Below, piece by piece: positions 26,733-37,117 of a stretch of 44,570 nt of DNA. The translations under genes were made by a program, and so were the position numbers. The stretch comes from Oscillibacter sp. (lineage in GTDB: Bacteria > Bacillota > Clostridia > Oscillospirales > Oscillospiraceae). The stretch is taken from assembly GCF_009773995.1 (NCBI RefSeq), contig NZ_VSMY01000002.1, one strand, 5' to 3'. The notes beneath the pieces are model-generated. The model was not told the DNA's origin. It was given only the letters and a program-made list of their open reading frames with translations, and did not search any database. Each line of letters starts with the position of its first letter. Positions within the stretch are counted from its first letter, which is position 1.

Positions 26733-29120
26733 ATGAGCGAGCTGTTTGAAAAATCCCTTCGCACCCTGGAACTGCCCAGGGTTCTGCAATTGCTGTCGGA
26801 TCAGGCCGTCAGCGCCGAGGCCAAGGAGCGGGCCCTCCGGGTCTCTCCGGAGACGGAAGTGGAGGAAGTCCTCCGGCTCCTGGACCAGACCGACGCCGCC
26901 CGGCAGATGATAGGACGGCGGGGCGCGCCCTCCTTTTCCGGGGTCAGGCCCGTGGGGGAGGCCCTGGACCGGGCGGACCGGGGCGGGAGCCTGAACACAC
27001 GGGAGCTGCTGCGCATCGCGGACCTGCTGACCGCCGCCCGGCGGGCCAAGGAGTATTTTAACGACGAGGCGGCGGAGAAGACGGCCGTCGACCACCTGTT
27101 TCTCTCCCTCCACGGCAACCACTTCTTAGAGGAGAAAATTAAGCGCTGCATCCCCGACGAGGATACGATCGCCGACGCGGCCTCCCCGGAGCTGGCGGAC
27201 GTCCGCCGCCATATGCGCCTCGCCCAGGCCAAGAGCCGCCAGATCCTCCAGAAGATCATCTCCTCTCCCAGCTACGCCAAGGTGCTCCAGGAGACCATTA
27301 TCACCCAGCGGGACGGCCGTTTCGTGGTCCCCGTCAAGGCGGAGCAGAAAGGGAACCTCCCCGGCCTGGTCCACGACATCTCCTCCTCCGGGGCCACGGT
27401 GTTCGTGGAGCCCATGGGGGTGGTCCAGGCCAACAACGAGTACGTGGAGCTGGAGGCCAAGGAGCAGAAGGAAATCGAGCGCATCCTGGCGGAGCTCTCC
27501 GCCGAGGCCGCCGCCCACCGGGAGGACATCCAGTGGGACTACGACGCCCTGGTGCACCTGGATCTGATCTTCGCCCGGGGGGAACTCAGCTACAAGATGG
27601 ACGGCGTGCGGCCGGAGGTCCGGCGGGACGGGGCGGTCCATCTCCGCAAGGCCCGGCATCCCCTGCTGGATCCTAAGACGGCGGTGCCCATCGATCTGGA
27701 GCTGGGGGAGACCTTCGACACCCTGGTGATCACCGGGCCCAACACCGGCGGCAAGACCGTCTCCCTGAAAACCCTGGGCCTTTTGACTCTGATGACCCAG
27801 TGCGGCCTCCACATTCCGGCGGCGGACCGCAGCGCCGTGGCGGTTTACGACCGGGTGCTGGCGGACATCGGCGACGAGCAGAGCATCGAGCAGAGCCTGT
27901 CCACCTTCTCCGCCCACATGACCAATATTGTGGGGATTTTAAAAGAGGCGGACGGGAAGAGCCTCATCCTCTTCGACGAGCTGGGGGCGGGCACGGACCC
28001 GGTGGAGGGCGCGGCCCTGGCCATCGCCGTCATCCAGCACGTCCGGGCCAAGGGGGCGAATATCGCCGCCACCACCCACTACGCGGAATTGAAGACCTTC
28101 GCCATGACCACCGCCGGGGTGGAGAACGCCTCCTGTGAGTTCAACGTGGAGACCCTGAGCCCCACCTACCGGCTCCTCATCGGCATCCCCGGCAAGTCCA
28201 ACGCCTTCGCCATCTCCCGGCGGCTGGGCCTCCCGGAGGAGGTCATTGAAGCCGCCCAGACCCAGATGAGCGGGGACAGCGTCCGGTTTGAGGACGTGCT
28301 GACCCAGCTGGAGGTCAAGCGCCAGGCCCTGGAGAAGCGGGACCTGGAGTCCGACCGGCTCTTCCGCCAGCGGGAGGAGGACGCACGCAAGGCACGGGAG
28401 TTCCGGGAGCAGATGGAGCGGGCCAAGGAGAACGCCCGGAGCCGGGGGGAGGCGGAGGCGAAACGCATCCTCCGGGACGCCAAGGCCGCGGCGGACCAGA
28501 CCTTTAACGAATTGGCGGAGCTCCGGCGGCGGCAGGCCGCGGCGGATTCCGCCCAGAACATCAACGACGCCCAGGCCGCCATCCGGGCGGGGCTCCACCA
28601 GGCGGAGGACCGCCTCCGCACGGAGAAGGACCGCCCGGAGCCCATCCCCAAGCCCAGCCGCCCCATCGTCAAGGGCGACCTGGTGGAGTTCCCCGGCGTG
28701 CGCCAGCCCGCCGAGGTCATCTCCGTGGGGAAGGACGGCACCCTGCAATTGAAGGCGGGCGTGCTGAAAATGAAGGCGCAGGCCTCCGAGGTCCGGCTCA
28801 TCGAGGACGACGAGCGGGCCGCACGGAAGCCCAAGGCCCCGGTTTCCTCCGGGGGGACCCGGACCCTCCGCTCCGCCGCCAGCCGGGAGCTGGACATCCG
28901 CGGGCTCGAGACCCTGGAGGCCGAGAGCGTGGTGGAGGGCTTCCTCTCCGCCGCCGTCATGGGCAAGCTGGAGACCGTCACCATCATCCACGGCAAGGGT
29001 ACGGGGGCCCTCCGTAAGGCCGTCCACGACATCCTCCGCCGGAGCAAGGCGGTGAAGAGCTTCCGCCTGGGCGTCTACGGTGAGGGGGAGACCGGCGTCA
29101 CCGTGGTGACAATGAAATAA
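26733..29120 (+). CDS. mutS2: MutS2 (Smr-domain endonuclease / ribosome-rescue factor)
   Basis: ITGPNTGGKT, SLSTFS, DELGAGTDP, TTHY, KOW-like segment, Smr IIHGKGTG. Confidence 0.96.
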   Translation: MSELFEKSLRTLELPRVLQLLSDQAVSAEAKERALRVSPETEVEEVLRLLDQTDAARQMIGRRGAPSFSGVRPVGEALDRADRGGSLNTRELLRIADLLTAARRAKEYFNDEAAEKTAVDHLFLSLHGNHFLEEKIKRCIPDEDTIADAASPELADVRRHMRLAQAKSRQILQKIISSPSYAKVLQETIITQRDGRFVVPVKAEQKGNLPGLVHDISSSGATVFVEPMGVVQANNEYVELEAKEQKEIERILAELSAEAAAHREDIQWDYDALVHLDLIFARGELSYKMDGVRPEVRRDGAVHLRKARHPLLDPKTAVPIDLELGETFDTLVITGPNTGGKTVSLKTLGLLTLMTQCGLHIPAADRSAVAVYDRVLADIGDEQSIEQSLSTFSAHMTNIVGILKEADGKSLILFDELGAGTDPVEGAALAIAVIQHVRAKGANIAATTHYAELKTFAMTTAGVENASCEFNVETLSPTYRLLIGIPGKSNAFAISRRLGLPEEVIEAAQTQMSGDSVRFEDVLTQLEVKRQALEKRDLESDRLFRQREEDARKAREFREQMERAKENARSRGEAEAKRILRDAKAAADQTFNELAELRRRQAAADSAQNINDAQAAIRAGLHQAEDRLRTEKDRPEPIPKPSRPIVKGDLVEFPGVRQPAEVISVGKDGTLQLKAGVLKMKAQASEVRLIEDDERAARKPKAPVSSGGTRTLRSAASRELDIRGLETLEAESVVEGFLSAAVMGKLETVTIIHGKGTGALRKAVHDILRRSKAVKSFRLGVYGEGETGVTVVTMK

Positions 29121-29154
29121 GTTTCATAAAGTCATTATATAATAAAGCGACCTG

Positions 29155-29185
29155 CAAGGGTCCGCCTGGAATAGGTGGACCCTTG
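29155..29185 (+). terminator. Hairpin after mutS2
   Basis: CAAGGGTCCGCCT-ggaat-AGGTGGACCCTTG. Confidence 0.55.
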
Positions 29186-29205
29186 AAAATTTTCCCGTCA
29201 AATTG

Positions 29206-29234
29206 TTGCGAAGTCCACCAATATTTGCTATACT
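29206..29234 (+). promoter_or_regulatory. sigma-A promoter for udp
   Basis: TTGCGA-N17-TATACT with extended TG. Confidence 0.65.
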
Positions 29235-29268
29235 GTTTTTACAATATCACGACATAGAGGTGACTGCT

Positions 29269-30042
29269 ATGCAAAAACTGGAGAAACAGTTCCACATTGC
29301 CTGTACCGCCGCTGACGTCGGCCGTTACTGCATCCTCCCCGGCGACCCCGGCCGGGTTCCCGCCATCGCCGCCTATTTCGACGACGCGAAACAGGTGGCC
29401 TATAACCGGGAGTACAACGTCTGGACCGGCACCCTCCTGGGGGAGAAGGTGACCGCCTGCTCCACAGGCATCGGCGGGCCCTCCGCCTCCATCGCCATGG
29501 AGGAGCTCCACAAGTGCGGCGCGGACACCTTCATCCGCACGGGCACCTGCGGGGGCATCGACGTAAACGTCCAGTCCGGGGATATCGTGGTGGCCACGGG
29601 AGCCGTCCGTTTCGAGCATACCAGCCTGGAATACGCCCCCCTGGAGTTCCCCGCCGTGGCGGACTTCGGCCTCGTGGACTGCCTGGTCCGGGCCACGAAA
29701 GCCCTGGGCTATCCCCTCCACACGGGCATCGTCCAGTGCAAGGACAGCTTCTACGGCCAGCACGACCCCGCCGCCTCCCCGGTGTACTACGAGCTGCAGC
29801 AGAAGTGGGAGAGCTGGAAGCGCCTGGGGGTGAAGGCCAGCGAGATGGAGAGCGCCGCCCTCTTCGTGGTGGCCGCCGCCCTGGGCTGCCGCTGCGGCAG
29901 CTGCTTCCACGTGGTCTGGAACCAGGAGCGGGAGGCCGCGGGCCTGGACCAGAAGATGAGCGAGGACACCTCTACCTCCGTCCGGGTGGCGGTGGAGGCT
30001 CTGAAGCTCCAGATTGAGGCGGACCGGGCCGGAAAAAAGTAG
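29269..30042 (+). CDS. udp: Uridine phosphorylase
   Basis: [35 protein letters not shown]. Confidence 0.93.
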   Translation: MQKLEKQFHIACTAADVGRYCILPGDPGRVPAIAAYFDDAKQVAYNREYNVWTGTLLGEKVTACSTGIGGPSASIAMEELHKCGADTFIRTGTCGGIDVNVQSGDIVVATGAVRFEHTSLEYAPLEFPAVADFGLVDCLVRATKALGYPLHTGIVQCKDSFYGQHDPAASPVYYELQQKWESWKRLGVKASEMESAALFVVAAALGCRCGSCFHVVWNQEREAAGLDQKMSEDTSTSVRVAVEALKLQIEADRAGKK

Positions 30043-30053
30043 GGAATCCCCCT

Positions 30054-30079
30054 TATATTTCCCAGAATCCGGCCGATAT
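30054..30079 (+). promoter_or_regulatory. Putative sigma-28 (SigD/FliA) promoter
   Basis: TATA-N14-GCCGATAT (perfect -10 octamer, weaker -35). Confidence 0.5.
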
Positions 30080-30180
30080 TCCCATATGAGAAGGGAATCT
30101 AGACCGGAGCGGTTTCCATTGAACGGATTCAAGATTGGGACGCTCAAAACCCACTGAATCTGTGAAATGGAGGAAAAACG

Positions 30181-30738
30181 ATGATTCAAGCGACAAGCAG
30201 ACAGACCATCCCCAAAGAGTGGACGGACCCCATCGCCTCGAACGTGGGCTACATCAAGCCGGCCTTCCTGGAGCAAGTGCTGGAGATGGCGAAAAAGGGG
30301 AGTGCGGCGCACTTCGACCGCCTGAGGGACCGGCTGGAAAACGGAGTAATCAAGACCCCGCTGACGGCGGACCAGAAGCAGTACCTGAAGGAGAACTTCG
30401 ACCTGAAAAACATGAGCTGGGAGGACTACCAGTCCCTCATCGGCAAGCTTTGCGAGTTCGGCATTTTGGACCAGGAGGACAAGGATTTCCTCCACTGCGG
30501 GTTCAGCGGCCTGCACATGATCCCCGTCGATCTCTCCGGGCCCACCAGCACGGTCAGCTCTTATGCGGCCCCCGTCAGGGACCCTTCGTCCTATGACTCC
30601 TGGAAGGGCGATGTTCTGGGCTGGATGAAGTTCCTCTCCAGCTTCCAGTGCTGGGATTCGGACAGCCAATCCTGGCGGAAGACCGATCAGGCCCGCCTGT
30701 TCGGGAAGGTCCGGGAGCTCCTGGACGCGATTGCCTAA
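30181..30738 (+). CDS. Hypothetical protein (185 aa)
   Basis: RBS GGAGG and host-like codon use; no recognisable domain. Confidence 0.75.
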   Translation: MIQATSRQTIPKEWTDPIASNVGYIKPAFLEQVLEMAKKGSAAHFDRLRDRLENGVIKTPLTADQKQYLKENFDLKNMSWEDYQSLIGKLCEFGILDQEDKDFLHCGFSGLHMIPVDLSGPTSTVSSYAAPVRDPSSYDSWKGDVLGWMKFLSSFQCWDSDSQSWRKTDQARLFGKVRELLDAIA

Positions 30739-30751
30739 GGAGGGTTGGACC

Positions 30752-30985
30752 ATGATTTCAGCGGCAAACGCCCTTGGCTGCGGAGGGCCGAGAGCCCCTC
30801 GCGCTCCGTCCTATACCGGAATGGGAAACCAGGCCTTTTTGGCGGGCTTCATGGAGGAGTTCCGCAAGGCCCAGGCCAAGGCCTGCGAGCAGAATGTAGA
30901 GGAGCTCAAACGGGCCGGACTGTCGGATAAGCTGGCCGGGAAGGAAGATGCCCGGCGGGACGAGGACGAGAAATTTACTTTCTAA
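30752..30985 (+). CDS. Hypothetical protein (77 aa)
   Basis: RBS AAGGAGG directly after the previous stop; ends before a terminator. Confidence 0.65.
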   Translation: MISAANALGCGGPRAPRAPSYTGMGNQAFLAGFMEEFRKAQAKACEQNVEELKRAGLSDKLAGKEDARRDEDEKFTF

Positions 30986-30993
30986 AAGTACAT

Positions 30994-31024
30994 AAAAAAG
31001 GACCGCCCTACGGCGGTCCTTTTT
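30994..31024. terminator. Bidirectional terminator
   Basis: AAAAAGGACCGCC-ctac-GGCGGTCCTTTTT. Confidence 0.85.
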
Positions 31025-31031
31025 CTCGGCC

Positions 31032-33557
31032 TTACTGGATGCCCAGCACCTTGTAGTCCTGGTCCTCCACGGCCTTTTTCAGGGCCTCGTCCGTAAGCTG
31101 CCCGGAGAGGGTCACCACCGCCGTGCCGCTCTCGTGGCTGACGCTGGCGGCGCTGACCTCCGGCAGGGCCTCCAGGGCCTTCTTGACTCTGGCCTCGCAG
31201 TGCCCGCACATCATGCCTTCAATTTTCATGGTCTTTTCCATCGCTGTTACCTCCTCGGAATGGTTGGAATGTTTGGATTTCAGGGGTCTATCCTTTCTCA
31301 CGTCCCGCAGGTTGAACAGGTTCAGCCGCAGGGCGTTGGAGACGACGCAGAAGCTGGAGAGGCTCATGGCCGCCGCGCCGAACATGGGGTTCAGCGTCAG
31401 GCCGAAGGGGATGAAGAGCCCCGCCGCCAGGGGAATGCCGATGGTGTTGTAGAAGAAGGCCCAGAACAGGTTCTCATGGATGTTCCGCAGGGTGGCCCGG
31501 CTGAGCCGGATGGCGGCGGGCACGTCCAGGAGGCGGCTTTTCATCAGCACCACGTCCGCCGCGTCGATGGCCACGTCCGCCCCCGCGCCGATGGCGATGC
31601 CGGTGTCCGCCCGGGTCAGGGCCGGGGCGTCGTTGATGCCGTCGCCCACCATGGCCACCTTGCCCTGCTTTTTCAGGTCCCGGATGACGCTCTCCTTGCC
31701 GTCGGGCAGGACCCCGGCGATGACCTCGTCCACCCCGGCTTGCTTTCCGATGGCCTGGGCGGTGCGCTGGTTGTCTCCAGTGAGCATGACCACCCGGATG
31801 CCCATATTCTGGAGTTCCCGGACGGCCTGGGGGCTGTCTTCTTTGATCACGTCCGCCACGGCGACGACGCCCAGCAGTTTCCCGTCCCGGCTGAAAAACA
31901 GCGGGGTCTTCCCTTGGCCCGCCAGGGCCTCGGCCTGGGCCTGGAAGTCCTGGGGGACGGCGGCCTGGGCGCTGATGAAGCTGAGATTTCCGCCGCTGAG
32001 GGCCGCTCCGTTCAGCCGGGCGGTGAGACCGTTTCCCGGAAGGGCCTGGAAGTCCGTGACCTCCTCCGCCGGGATGCCCTCCTCCTCCGCTTTTTGTAAA
32101 ATGGCCTTGGCCAGGGGGTGCTCGCTCTTTTGCTCCAGGGCTCGGGCCAGGCGGAGGAGCTCCGCCCCGCTGAGCCCCTGGGCCGGGAGGATATCCGTCA
32201 CCCTGGGCTCCCCCTGGGTGATGGTGCCCGTCTTGTCCAGGGCCACAATTTCGGTCCGGCCCGCGGCCTCCAGGGAGGCGGCGGTTTTGAACAGGATGCC
32301 GTTTTTGGCCCCCATGCCGCTGCCCACCATGATGGCCACCGGCGTGGCCAGGCCCAGGGCGCAGGGGCAGGAGATGACCAGCACGGAGATGCCCCGTGCC
32401 AGGGCGAAGCCCACGGTCTGCCCCAGCAGCAGCCAGACGAGGGTGGTTATTACGGCGATGGAGATGACCGCCGGGACGAAGACGCCGGACACCCGGTCGG
32501 CGATTTTCGCAATGGGAGCTTTGGTGGCCGCCGCATCGCTGACCATCTGGATGATCTGGGAGAGGGTGGTGTCCTCCCCCACCCGGGTGGCCCGGCACTT
32601 GATAAAACCGGCTTGGTTCGTGGTGGCGGCGGACACGCCGTCCCCCGGCGCCTTGTCCACGGGGATGCTTTCGCCGGTCAAGGCGGACTCGTTGACGGCG
32701 CTGGTCCCCTCCACCACTACGCCGTCCACCGGGATGTTTTCGCCGGGGCGGACCAGGAAGACGTCGTCCTTTTGGACCTGCTCGATGGGGACGGTGACCT
32801 CTTTCCCGTCCCGTTCCAGCACGGCGGTCTTGGGGGCCAGCTTCATAAGGCTTTTCAGCGCGTCGGTGGTTTTCCCCTTGGAGCGGGCCTCCAGCATCTT
32901 GCCCACGGTGATGAGGGCCAGGATCATGGCGGCGGACTCGAAGTAGAACTCCATCATGTAGTCCATCACCGCCGCCGCGTCCCCCCGGACCTGGGCGGAC
33001 GTCATGGCGAAGAGGGCGTAGGTGCTGTAGACAAAGGCCGCCGAGGCCCCCAGGGCCACCAGGGTGTCCATATTCGGGGCCCGGTGCCAGAGGCTCTTGA
33101 AGCCGCTGATGAAGAATTTCTGGTTGATGACCATGACGGCCACCGTCAAAAGGAGCTGGATCAGCCCCATGGCAATATGGTTCCCGTGGAGGAAGCGGGG
33201 GACGGGCCAATTCCACATCATATGCCCCATGGAAAAGTACATGAGTACCGCCAGGAAGATGAGGGAAGACCACAGCCGCTTTTTCAAAAGTGGCGTTTCG
33301 TGGTCCGCCAGAGCCTCCTCGGGATTGGCGGGGGAAGCGGCGGAGGCAGTCCGTTCCGCCCCCTTTTTCGACGCGCCGTAGCCTGCGCTTTCCACGGCGG
33401 CGATGATTTCCTCCGCCGGGGCGCTGCCCTCCACGCCCATGGAGTTGGTCAAAAGGCTCACGGAGCAGGAGGTGACCCCCGCCACCTTGCCCACGGCCTT
33501 TTCCACACAGGCGGAGCAGGCGGCGCAGCTCATGCCGGTGACGTTGTATTGTTCCAT
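31032..33557 (-). CDS. copA: Copper-exporting P1B-type ATPase with N- and C-terminal HMA domains
   Basis: [42 protein letters not shown]-terminal GMMCGHC. Confidence 0.95.
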   Translation of the reverse strand: MEQYNVTGMSCAACSACVEKAVGKVAGVTSCSVSLLTNSMGVEGSAPAEEIIAAVESAGYGASKKGAERTASAASPANPEEALADHETPLLKKRLWSSLIFLAVLMYFSMGHMMWNWPVPRFLHGNHIAMGLIQLLLTVAVMVINQKFFISGFKSLWHRAPNMDTLVALGASAAFVYSTYALFAMTSAQVRGDAAAVMDYMMEFYFESAAMILALITVGKMLEARSKGKTTDALKSLMKLAPKTAVLERDGKEVTVPIEQVQKDDVFLVRPGENIPVDGVVVEGTSAVNESALTGESIPVDKAPGDGVSAATTNQAGFIKCRATRVGEDTTLSQIIQMVSDAAATKAPIAKIADRVSGVFVPAVISIAVITTLVWLLLGQTVGFALARGISVLVISCPCALGLATPVAIMVGSGMGAKNGILFKTAASLEAAGRTEIVALDKTGTITQGEPRVTDILPAQGLSGAELLRLARALEQKSEHPLAKAILQKAEEEGIPAEEVTDFQALPGNGLTARLNGAALSGGNLSFISAQAAVPQDFQAQAEALAGQGKTPLFFSRDGKLLGVVAVADVIKEDSPQAVRELQNMGIRVVMLTGDNQRTAQAIGKQAGVDEVIAGVLPDGKESVIRDLKKQGKVAMVGDGINDAPALTRADTGIAIGAGADVAIDAADVVLMKSRLLDVPAAIRLSRATLRNIHENLFWAFFYNTIGIPLAAGLFIPFGLTLNPMFGAAAMSLSSFCVVSNALRLNLFNLRDVRKDRPLKSKHSNHSEEVTAMEKTMKIEGMMCGHCEARVKKALEALPEVSAASVSHESGTAVVTLSGQLTDEALKKAVEDQDYKVLGIQ

Positions 33558-33571
33558 AAACGGGACCTCCT

Positions 33572-33868
33572 TTATTTCATCAGCTTTTGGAGGGTGCACA
33601 GCAGCTCCTCCACCGTCTCGTCCTTCCCCGCCCGGATGTCCCGGATGACGCAGGTGCGGATGTGCTCGGAAAGGAGCTCCTTGGCAAAGGCGTTCAGCGC
33701 CGCGTTGGCGGCGGCCACCTGGGCCAGGATGTCGGGACAGTAGGCGCTGCGCTCCACCATGCCCCGGATGCCCCGAATCTGGCCCTCCACCCGGTTCAGG
33801 CGATGAATGAGCCGCTTGACCTCCTCCTCGGAGCGCTCCTTGGTCTTGTGGCATTCACAGGTTTCCAT
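33572..33868 (-). CDS. csoR: Copper-sensing repressor CsoR
   Basis: [12 protein letters not shown]...YCPDIL...EHIRTC. Confidence 0.92.
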   Translation of the reverse strand: METCECHKTKERSEEEVKRLIHRLNRVEGQIRGIRGMVERSAYCPDILAQVAAANAALNAFAKELLSEHIRTCVIRDIRAGKDETVEELLCTLQKLMK

Positions 33869-33889
33869 GGCAAACCCTCTCTTGCTGGT

Positions 33890-33939
33890 ATACCCCTTGG
33901 GGGTATTCTTACTATATACCCTCCTGGGGTATTTGTCAA
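33890..33939 (-). promoter_or_regulatory. csoR-copA promoter with two CsoR operators
   Basis: TTGACA-N17-TATAGT; operators ATACCCC-TTG-GGGGTAT (33890-33906) and ATACCC-TCCTG-GGGTAT (33916-33932). Confidence 0.88.
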
Positions 33940-33955
33940 GCCCCGATTGGAAAAG

Positions 33956-33995
33956 AAAGGCCCGGCACAGGGAGTGTTCCCCATGCCGGGCCTTT
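33956..33995 (-). terminator. Terminator after the LbH gene
   Basis: AAAGGCCCGGCA...TGCCGGGCCTTT with a T-rich tail on the minus strand. Confidence 0.7.
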
Positions 33996-34007
33996 GTATG
34001 AGCGGGA

Positions 34008-34670
34008 TCAATCCTGATGAACAATCTTTCCGGGCCCCTTGAAAATGCTCTCCGGCGGGACGGCCCCCCGGACGGAGGACAGGGGATAGACCCTGGAGCC
34101 CCGGCCGACGACGGTGCCGGGGTTCAGCACGCTGTTGCAGCCCACCTCCACATGGTCCCCCAGGATGGCCCCGAACTTCTTCCGGCCCGTCTCGAGGCGC
34201 TCCTCGCCGTTTAGCACTACCACCAGGGTCTTGTCGGACTTCACGTTGGAGGTGATGGACCCCGCGCCCATGTGGCTCTTGAAGCCCAGGATGGAGTCCC
34301 CCACGTAGTTGTAGTGGGGGGTCTGAACGCCGTCGAAGAGGATGACGTTTTTCAGCTCCACGGAGTTGCCCACTACGCAGCCCGCCCCCACCAGGGCGGA
34401 GCCCCGGATAAAGGCACAGTGCCGGACCTCGGTCTCGGGGCCGATGATACAGGGCGCACCCAGGAAAGCCGAGGGAGCGACGGAGGCGGTCTTGTGGACC
34501 CAAGTCTGGGGGGACCGCTCCTCATATTCCGCCGGGTCCAGGGCGGGGCCCAGCTGCAAAATCAGGTCCTTGACGCCGTCCAGGGCCTCCCAGGGGTATT
34601 GAAATTGGGCCAGATAGTCCCCCGCCAGGGTGTGGGAGAGGTCCAGCAGGGCCGTGATGGTCAGATCCAT
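34008..34670 (-). CDS. Left-handed beta-helix acyltransferase, similar to the GlmU C-terminal domain (no nucleotidyltransferase domain)
   Basis: Hexapeptide repeats; PHYNYVGDSILG, GAGSITSN, GRKKFGAILGD, VGCNSVLNPG. Confidence 0.85.
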   Translation of the reverse strand: MDLTITALLDLSHTLAGDYLAQFQYPWEALDGVKDLILQLGPALDPAEYEERSPQTWVHKTASVAPSAFLGAPCIIGPETEVRHCAFIRGSALVGAGCVVGNSVELKNVILFDGVQTPHYNYVGDSILGFKSHMGAGSITSNVKSDKTLVVVLNGEERLETGRKKFGAILGDHVEVGCNSVLNPGTVVGRGSRVYPLSSVRGAVPPESIFKGPGKIVHQD

Positions 34671-34752
34671 AAAACGCGCCTCCTGTTTTCGCCGCCGGGG
34701 CGGCGTGCTGGCGTTATTATATACCAGTTCTCCAGGAGCCGCAAGGGGGAAA

Positions 34753-35559
34753 TCAGGATTCCGGCAGCTCCTCCAGGGAGGCGAAGCGGAAGCCCATGTC
34801 CTCCCATTTGGTGAGGAGCTCGTCCAGGATGTCCGCGTTGGTCTTGGACGTGGAGTGGAGCAGCACAATGGCCCCGTCGTGGATGCGGGGGAGGAGCTTG
34901 GCGTAGGCCTGTTCCGGCGTGGGCTGGTTGTCCACATACCAGTCCACGTAGGCCAGGCTCCAGAACACGGTCTTATAGCCCAGGGCCTGGGCCTGTTTGA
35001 GGTTTTCCCGGCTGTACTTCCCCTGGGGCGGGCGGTAGAAATGGGGGAGCTCCTTCCCGGTGGTCTCCTGGTAGAGGTCCGCCAGGCTGTCCAGCTCCTT
35101 TTGGAAGGCCGCCTGGTCCGAGATGGCGGACATGTCCGGGTGATGGAAGGTGTGGTTGCCCACGATGTGGCCCTCCTCCGCCATACGGCGGATGACGTCC
35201 GGAGCGGTTTCGATCATATTGCCCACCACGAAGAAGGCCGCCGGGGCGTTGTGCTTTTTCAGAGCGTCCAGGATTTGCTCCGTATAGCCGTTTTCATACC
35301 CGCAGTCGAAGGTCAGGTAGATGACCTTCTGAGAGGTGTCCCCCAGGAACCAGGCGTCGTATTGGGCCAGGTCCTCCGCGCTGGCGTTGCCCACGGGGGA
35401 CTGGCCCTCGTTGGGAAAGGAGAGGCCCCAGTTGTCGGCGGAGGCCGGAATGACGGCGGGGGCGGCGGCGGGGAGGGACGTTCCCTGCCAGTAGAGCATC
35501 GCCCCCAGGAAGAGAAGGGGGAGCATGAGAAGAACCAAGTTTCGCATACGCTGAAGCAT
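34753..35559 (-). CDS. pdaA: PdaA-like polysaccharide deacetylase (spore cortex muramic delta-lactam synthesis)
   Basis: YLTFDCGYENG, GNHTFHHPD, RPPQG, FWSLAYVDW, GAIVLLH; N-terminal membrane anchor. Confidence 0.85.
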   Translation of the reverse strand: MLQRMRNLVLLMLPLLFLGAMLYWQGTSLPAAAPAVIPASADNWGLSFPNEGQSPVGNASAEDLAQYDAWFLGDTSQKVIYLTFDCGYENGYTEQILDALKKHNAPAAFFVVGNMIETAPDVIRRMAEEGHIVGNHTFHHPDMSAISDQAAFQKELDSLADLYQETTGKELPHFYRPPQGKYSRENLKQAQALGYKTVFWSLAYVDWYVDNQPTPEQAYAKLLPRIHDGAIVLLHSTSKTNADILDELLTKWEDMGFRFASLEELPES

Positions 35560-35686
35560 AGGCGCCTCCTTGTTGAATGTTGTCACGGTTCAGCTTGTCC
35601 GGCGGCGGCCGGATTATCGGTTGAAAAAGCTGGCGAAAGATGTTATATTTGGAGTGTCGAAACATTGCGTCTGAAGGAGGAAGGAT

Positions 35687-36406
35687 ATGGCGAAGCGGGG
35701 AAGCAAGTCGAGGCGCCGGCAGGAGCTGACGAAAAAGCAGCTGGCGGCGCTGCTGGTGCTCTGCGTCATTACGGCGGCGGTCCGGTGGTATCTGCGGCCG
35801 GAGCCGGTGTCCCTGGAGGATATCCCGGCGTGGAGCGGCGCGGCCTATGTGGAGCTGGAGGACAACCAGCCGGGCTTCACCAAGGAGGAGATGACCCTGG
35901 AGGTCTTCGAGGACTACAGCGACCTGGACTATCTGGGACGCTGCGGTCAGGCCTACGCCAATATCTGCCCGGAGCTGATGCCCACAGAGGAGCGGGAGGC
36001 CATCGGGAATGTGAAGCCCACGGGCTGGGTCTCCGCCAAGTACGACTGCGTGGACGGGAAATACCTCTACAACCGCTGTCACCTCATCGGCTTCCAGCTG
36101 GCGGGGGAGAACGCCAACGAGAAAAACCTGATTACCGGCACCCGGTATCTAAACGTCACCGGCATGCTGCCCTTTGAAAACGACGTGGCGGACTACGTCC
36201 GGCGGACGGACAACCACGTCCTCTACCGGGTGACGCCGGTATTTGTGGGCACGGAGCTGGTGGCCAGGGGCGTGCAGATGGAGGCGTATTCCGTGGAGGA
36301 TGCCGGGGACGGGGTCTGCTTCAACGTCTTCGCCTACAACATCCAGCCGGGGGTGGCCATTGACTACGCCACCGGGGAGAGCCGGCTGGAGGAGGACGCG
36401 GCATGA
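35687..36406 (+). CDS. Membrane-anchored DNA/RNA non-specific endonuclease (EndA/DNA-entry nuclease type)
   Basis: N-terminal TM; LYNRCHLIGFQL...NLITGTRYLN..GMLPFE, YRVTP. Confidence 0.9.
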   Translation: MAKRGSKSRRRQELTKKQLAALLVLCVITAAVRWYLRPEPVSLEDIPAWSGAAYVELEDNQPGFTKEEMTLEVFEDYSDLDYLGRCGQAYANICPELMPTEEREAIGNVKPTGWVSAKYDCVDGKYLYNRCHLIGFQLAGENANEKNLITGTRYLNVTGMLPFENDVADYVRRTDNHVLYRVTPVFVGTELVARGVQMEAYSVEDAGDGVCFNVFAYNIQPGVAIDYATGESRLEEDAA

Positions 36407-37077
36407 GGCTGTGGGAACAATTTGACCGGATTGCCGTCTTCGACACGGAGACCACGGGCCTCGACTTCCGCCGGGACCGCATCATCGAAATCGGCGCGGT
36501 GGCCCTGGAGGCCGGGGCGGAGACCGGGGGAATGGATCTCTTCATCCGCCTGCCGGAGGGGCGGCGGCTGGACCCCTTCATCGTGAATCTCACCGGCATC
36601 ACCGAGGAGCGGCTGGAAACCGAGGGCGTGGGAGACGAGGAGGCCGCCCGTGCCTTCGCGGACCTTCTGGAAGGGGCGGAGCGGCCCTTGCTTGCGGCCT
36701 ACAACGCCCAGTTCGACCTGAATTTCCTCTATGGCCTCCTCCGGCCCTGGGGATTGGAGGAGGCGCTGAAAAAGCCCCGCTTCCTGGACGTCATGACGGT
36801 CTATAAGGACCGGAGGGACTATCCCCATAAGCTGGAAAACGCCATCGCCGCCTATCGCCTGGAGGACCGGGCGGTGAACAGCCACCGGGCCATCGACGAC
36901 GCCCGGGCGGCGGCGCTGCTGCTGGAGGCCATGGCGGAGGAACGGGACGATTTGGAGCGGTACGTGGACCTCTTCGGCGCGCATCCCAAATATGGGGTCT
37001 CGGGGCGGAGGATTTCCTCCGTCACCTACCGGACCCAGCCCTATGAGCGGGAGAAACTGCTGTACGAATTGCCATAA
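36403..37077 (+). CDS. DEDDh 3'-5' exonuclease (DnaQ/PolC-exo-like, stand-alone)
   Basis: FDTETTG, AYNAQFD, HRAIDDA; ATGA overlap. Confidence 0.9.
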   Translation: MRLWEQFDRIAVFDTETTGLDFRRDRIIEIGAVALEAGAETGGMDLFIRLPEGRRLDPFIVNLTGITEERLETEGVGDEEAARAFADLLEGAERPLLAAYNAQFDLNFLYGLLRPWGLEEALKKPRFLDVMTVYKDRRDYPHKLENAIAAYRLEDRAVNSHRAIDDARAAALLLEAMAEERDDLERYVDLFGAHPKYGVSGRRISSVTYRTQPYEREKLLYELP

Positions 37078-37109
37078 AAAAACGCCCGGCCGGCCGCCGG
37101 GCGTTTTTT
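37076..37109. terminator. Bidirectional terminator
   Basis: AAAAAAACGCCCGGC-cggcc-GCCGGGCGTTTTTTT. Confidence 0.85.
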
Positions 37110-37117
37110 CTTCTCTT

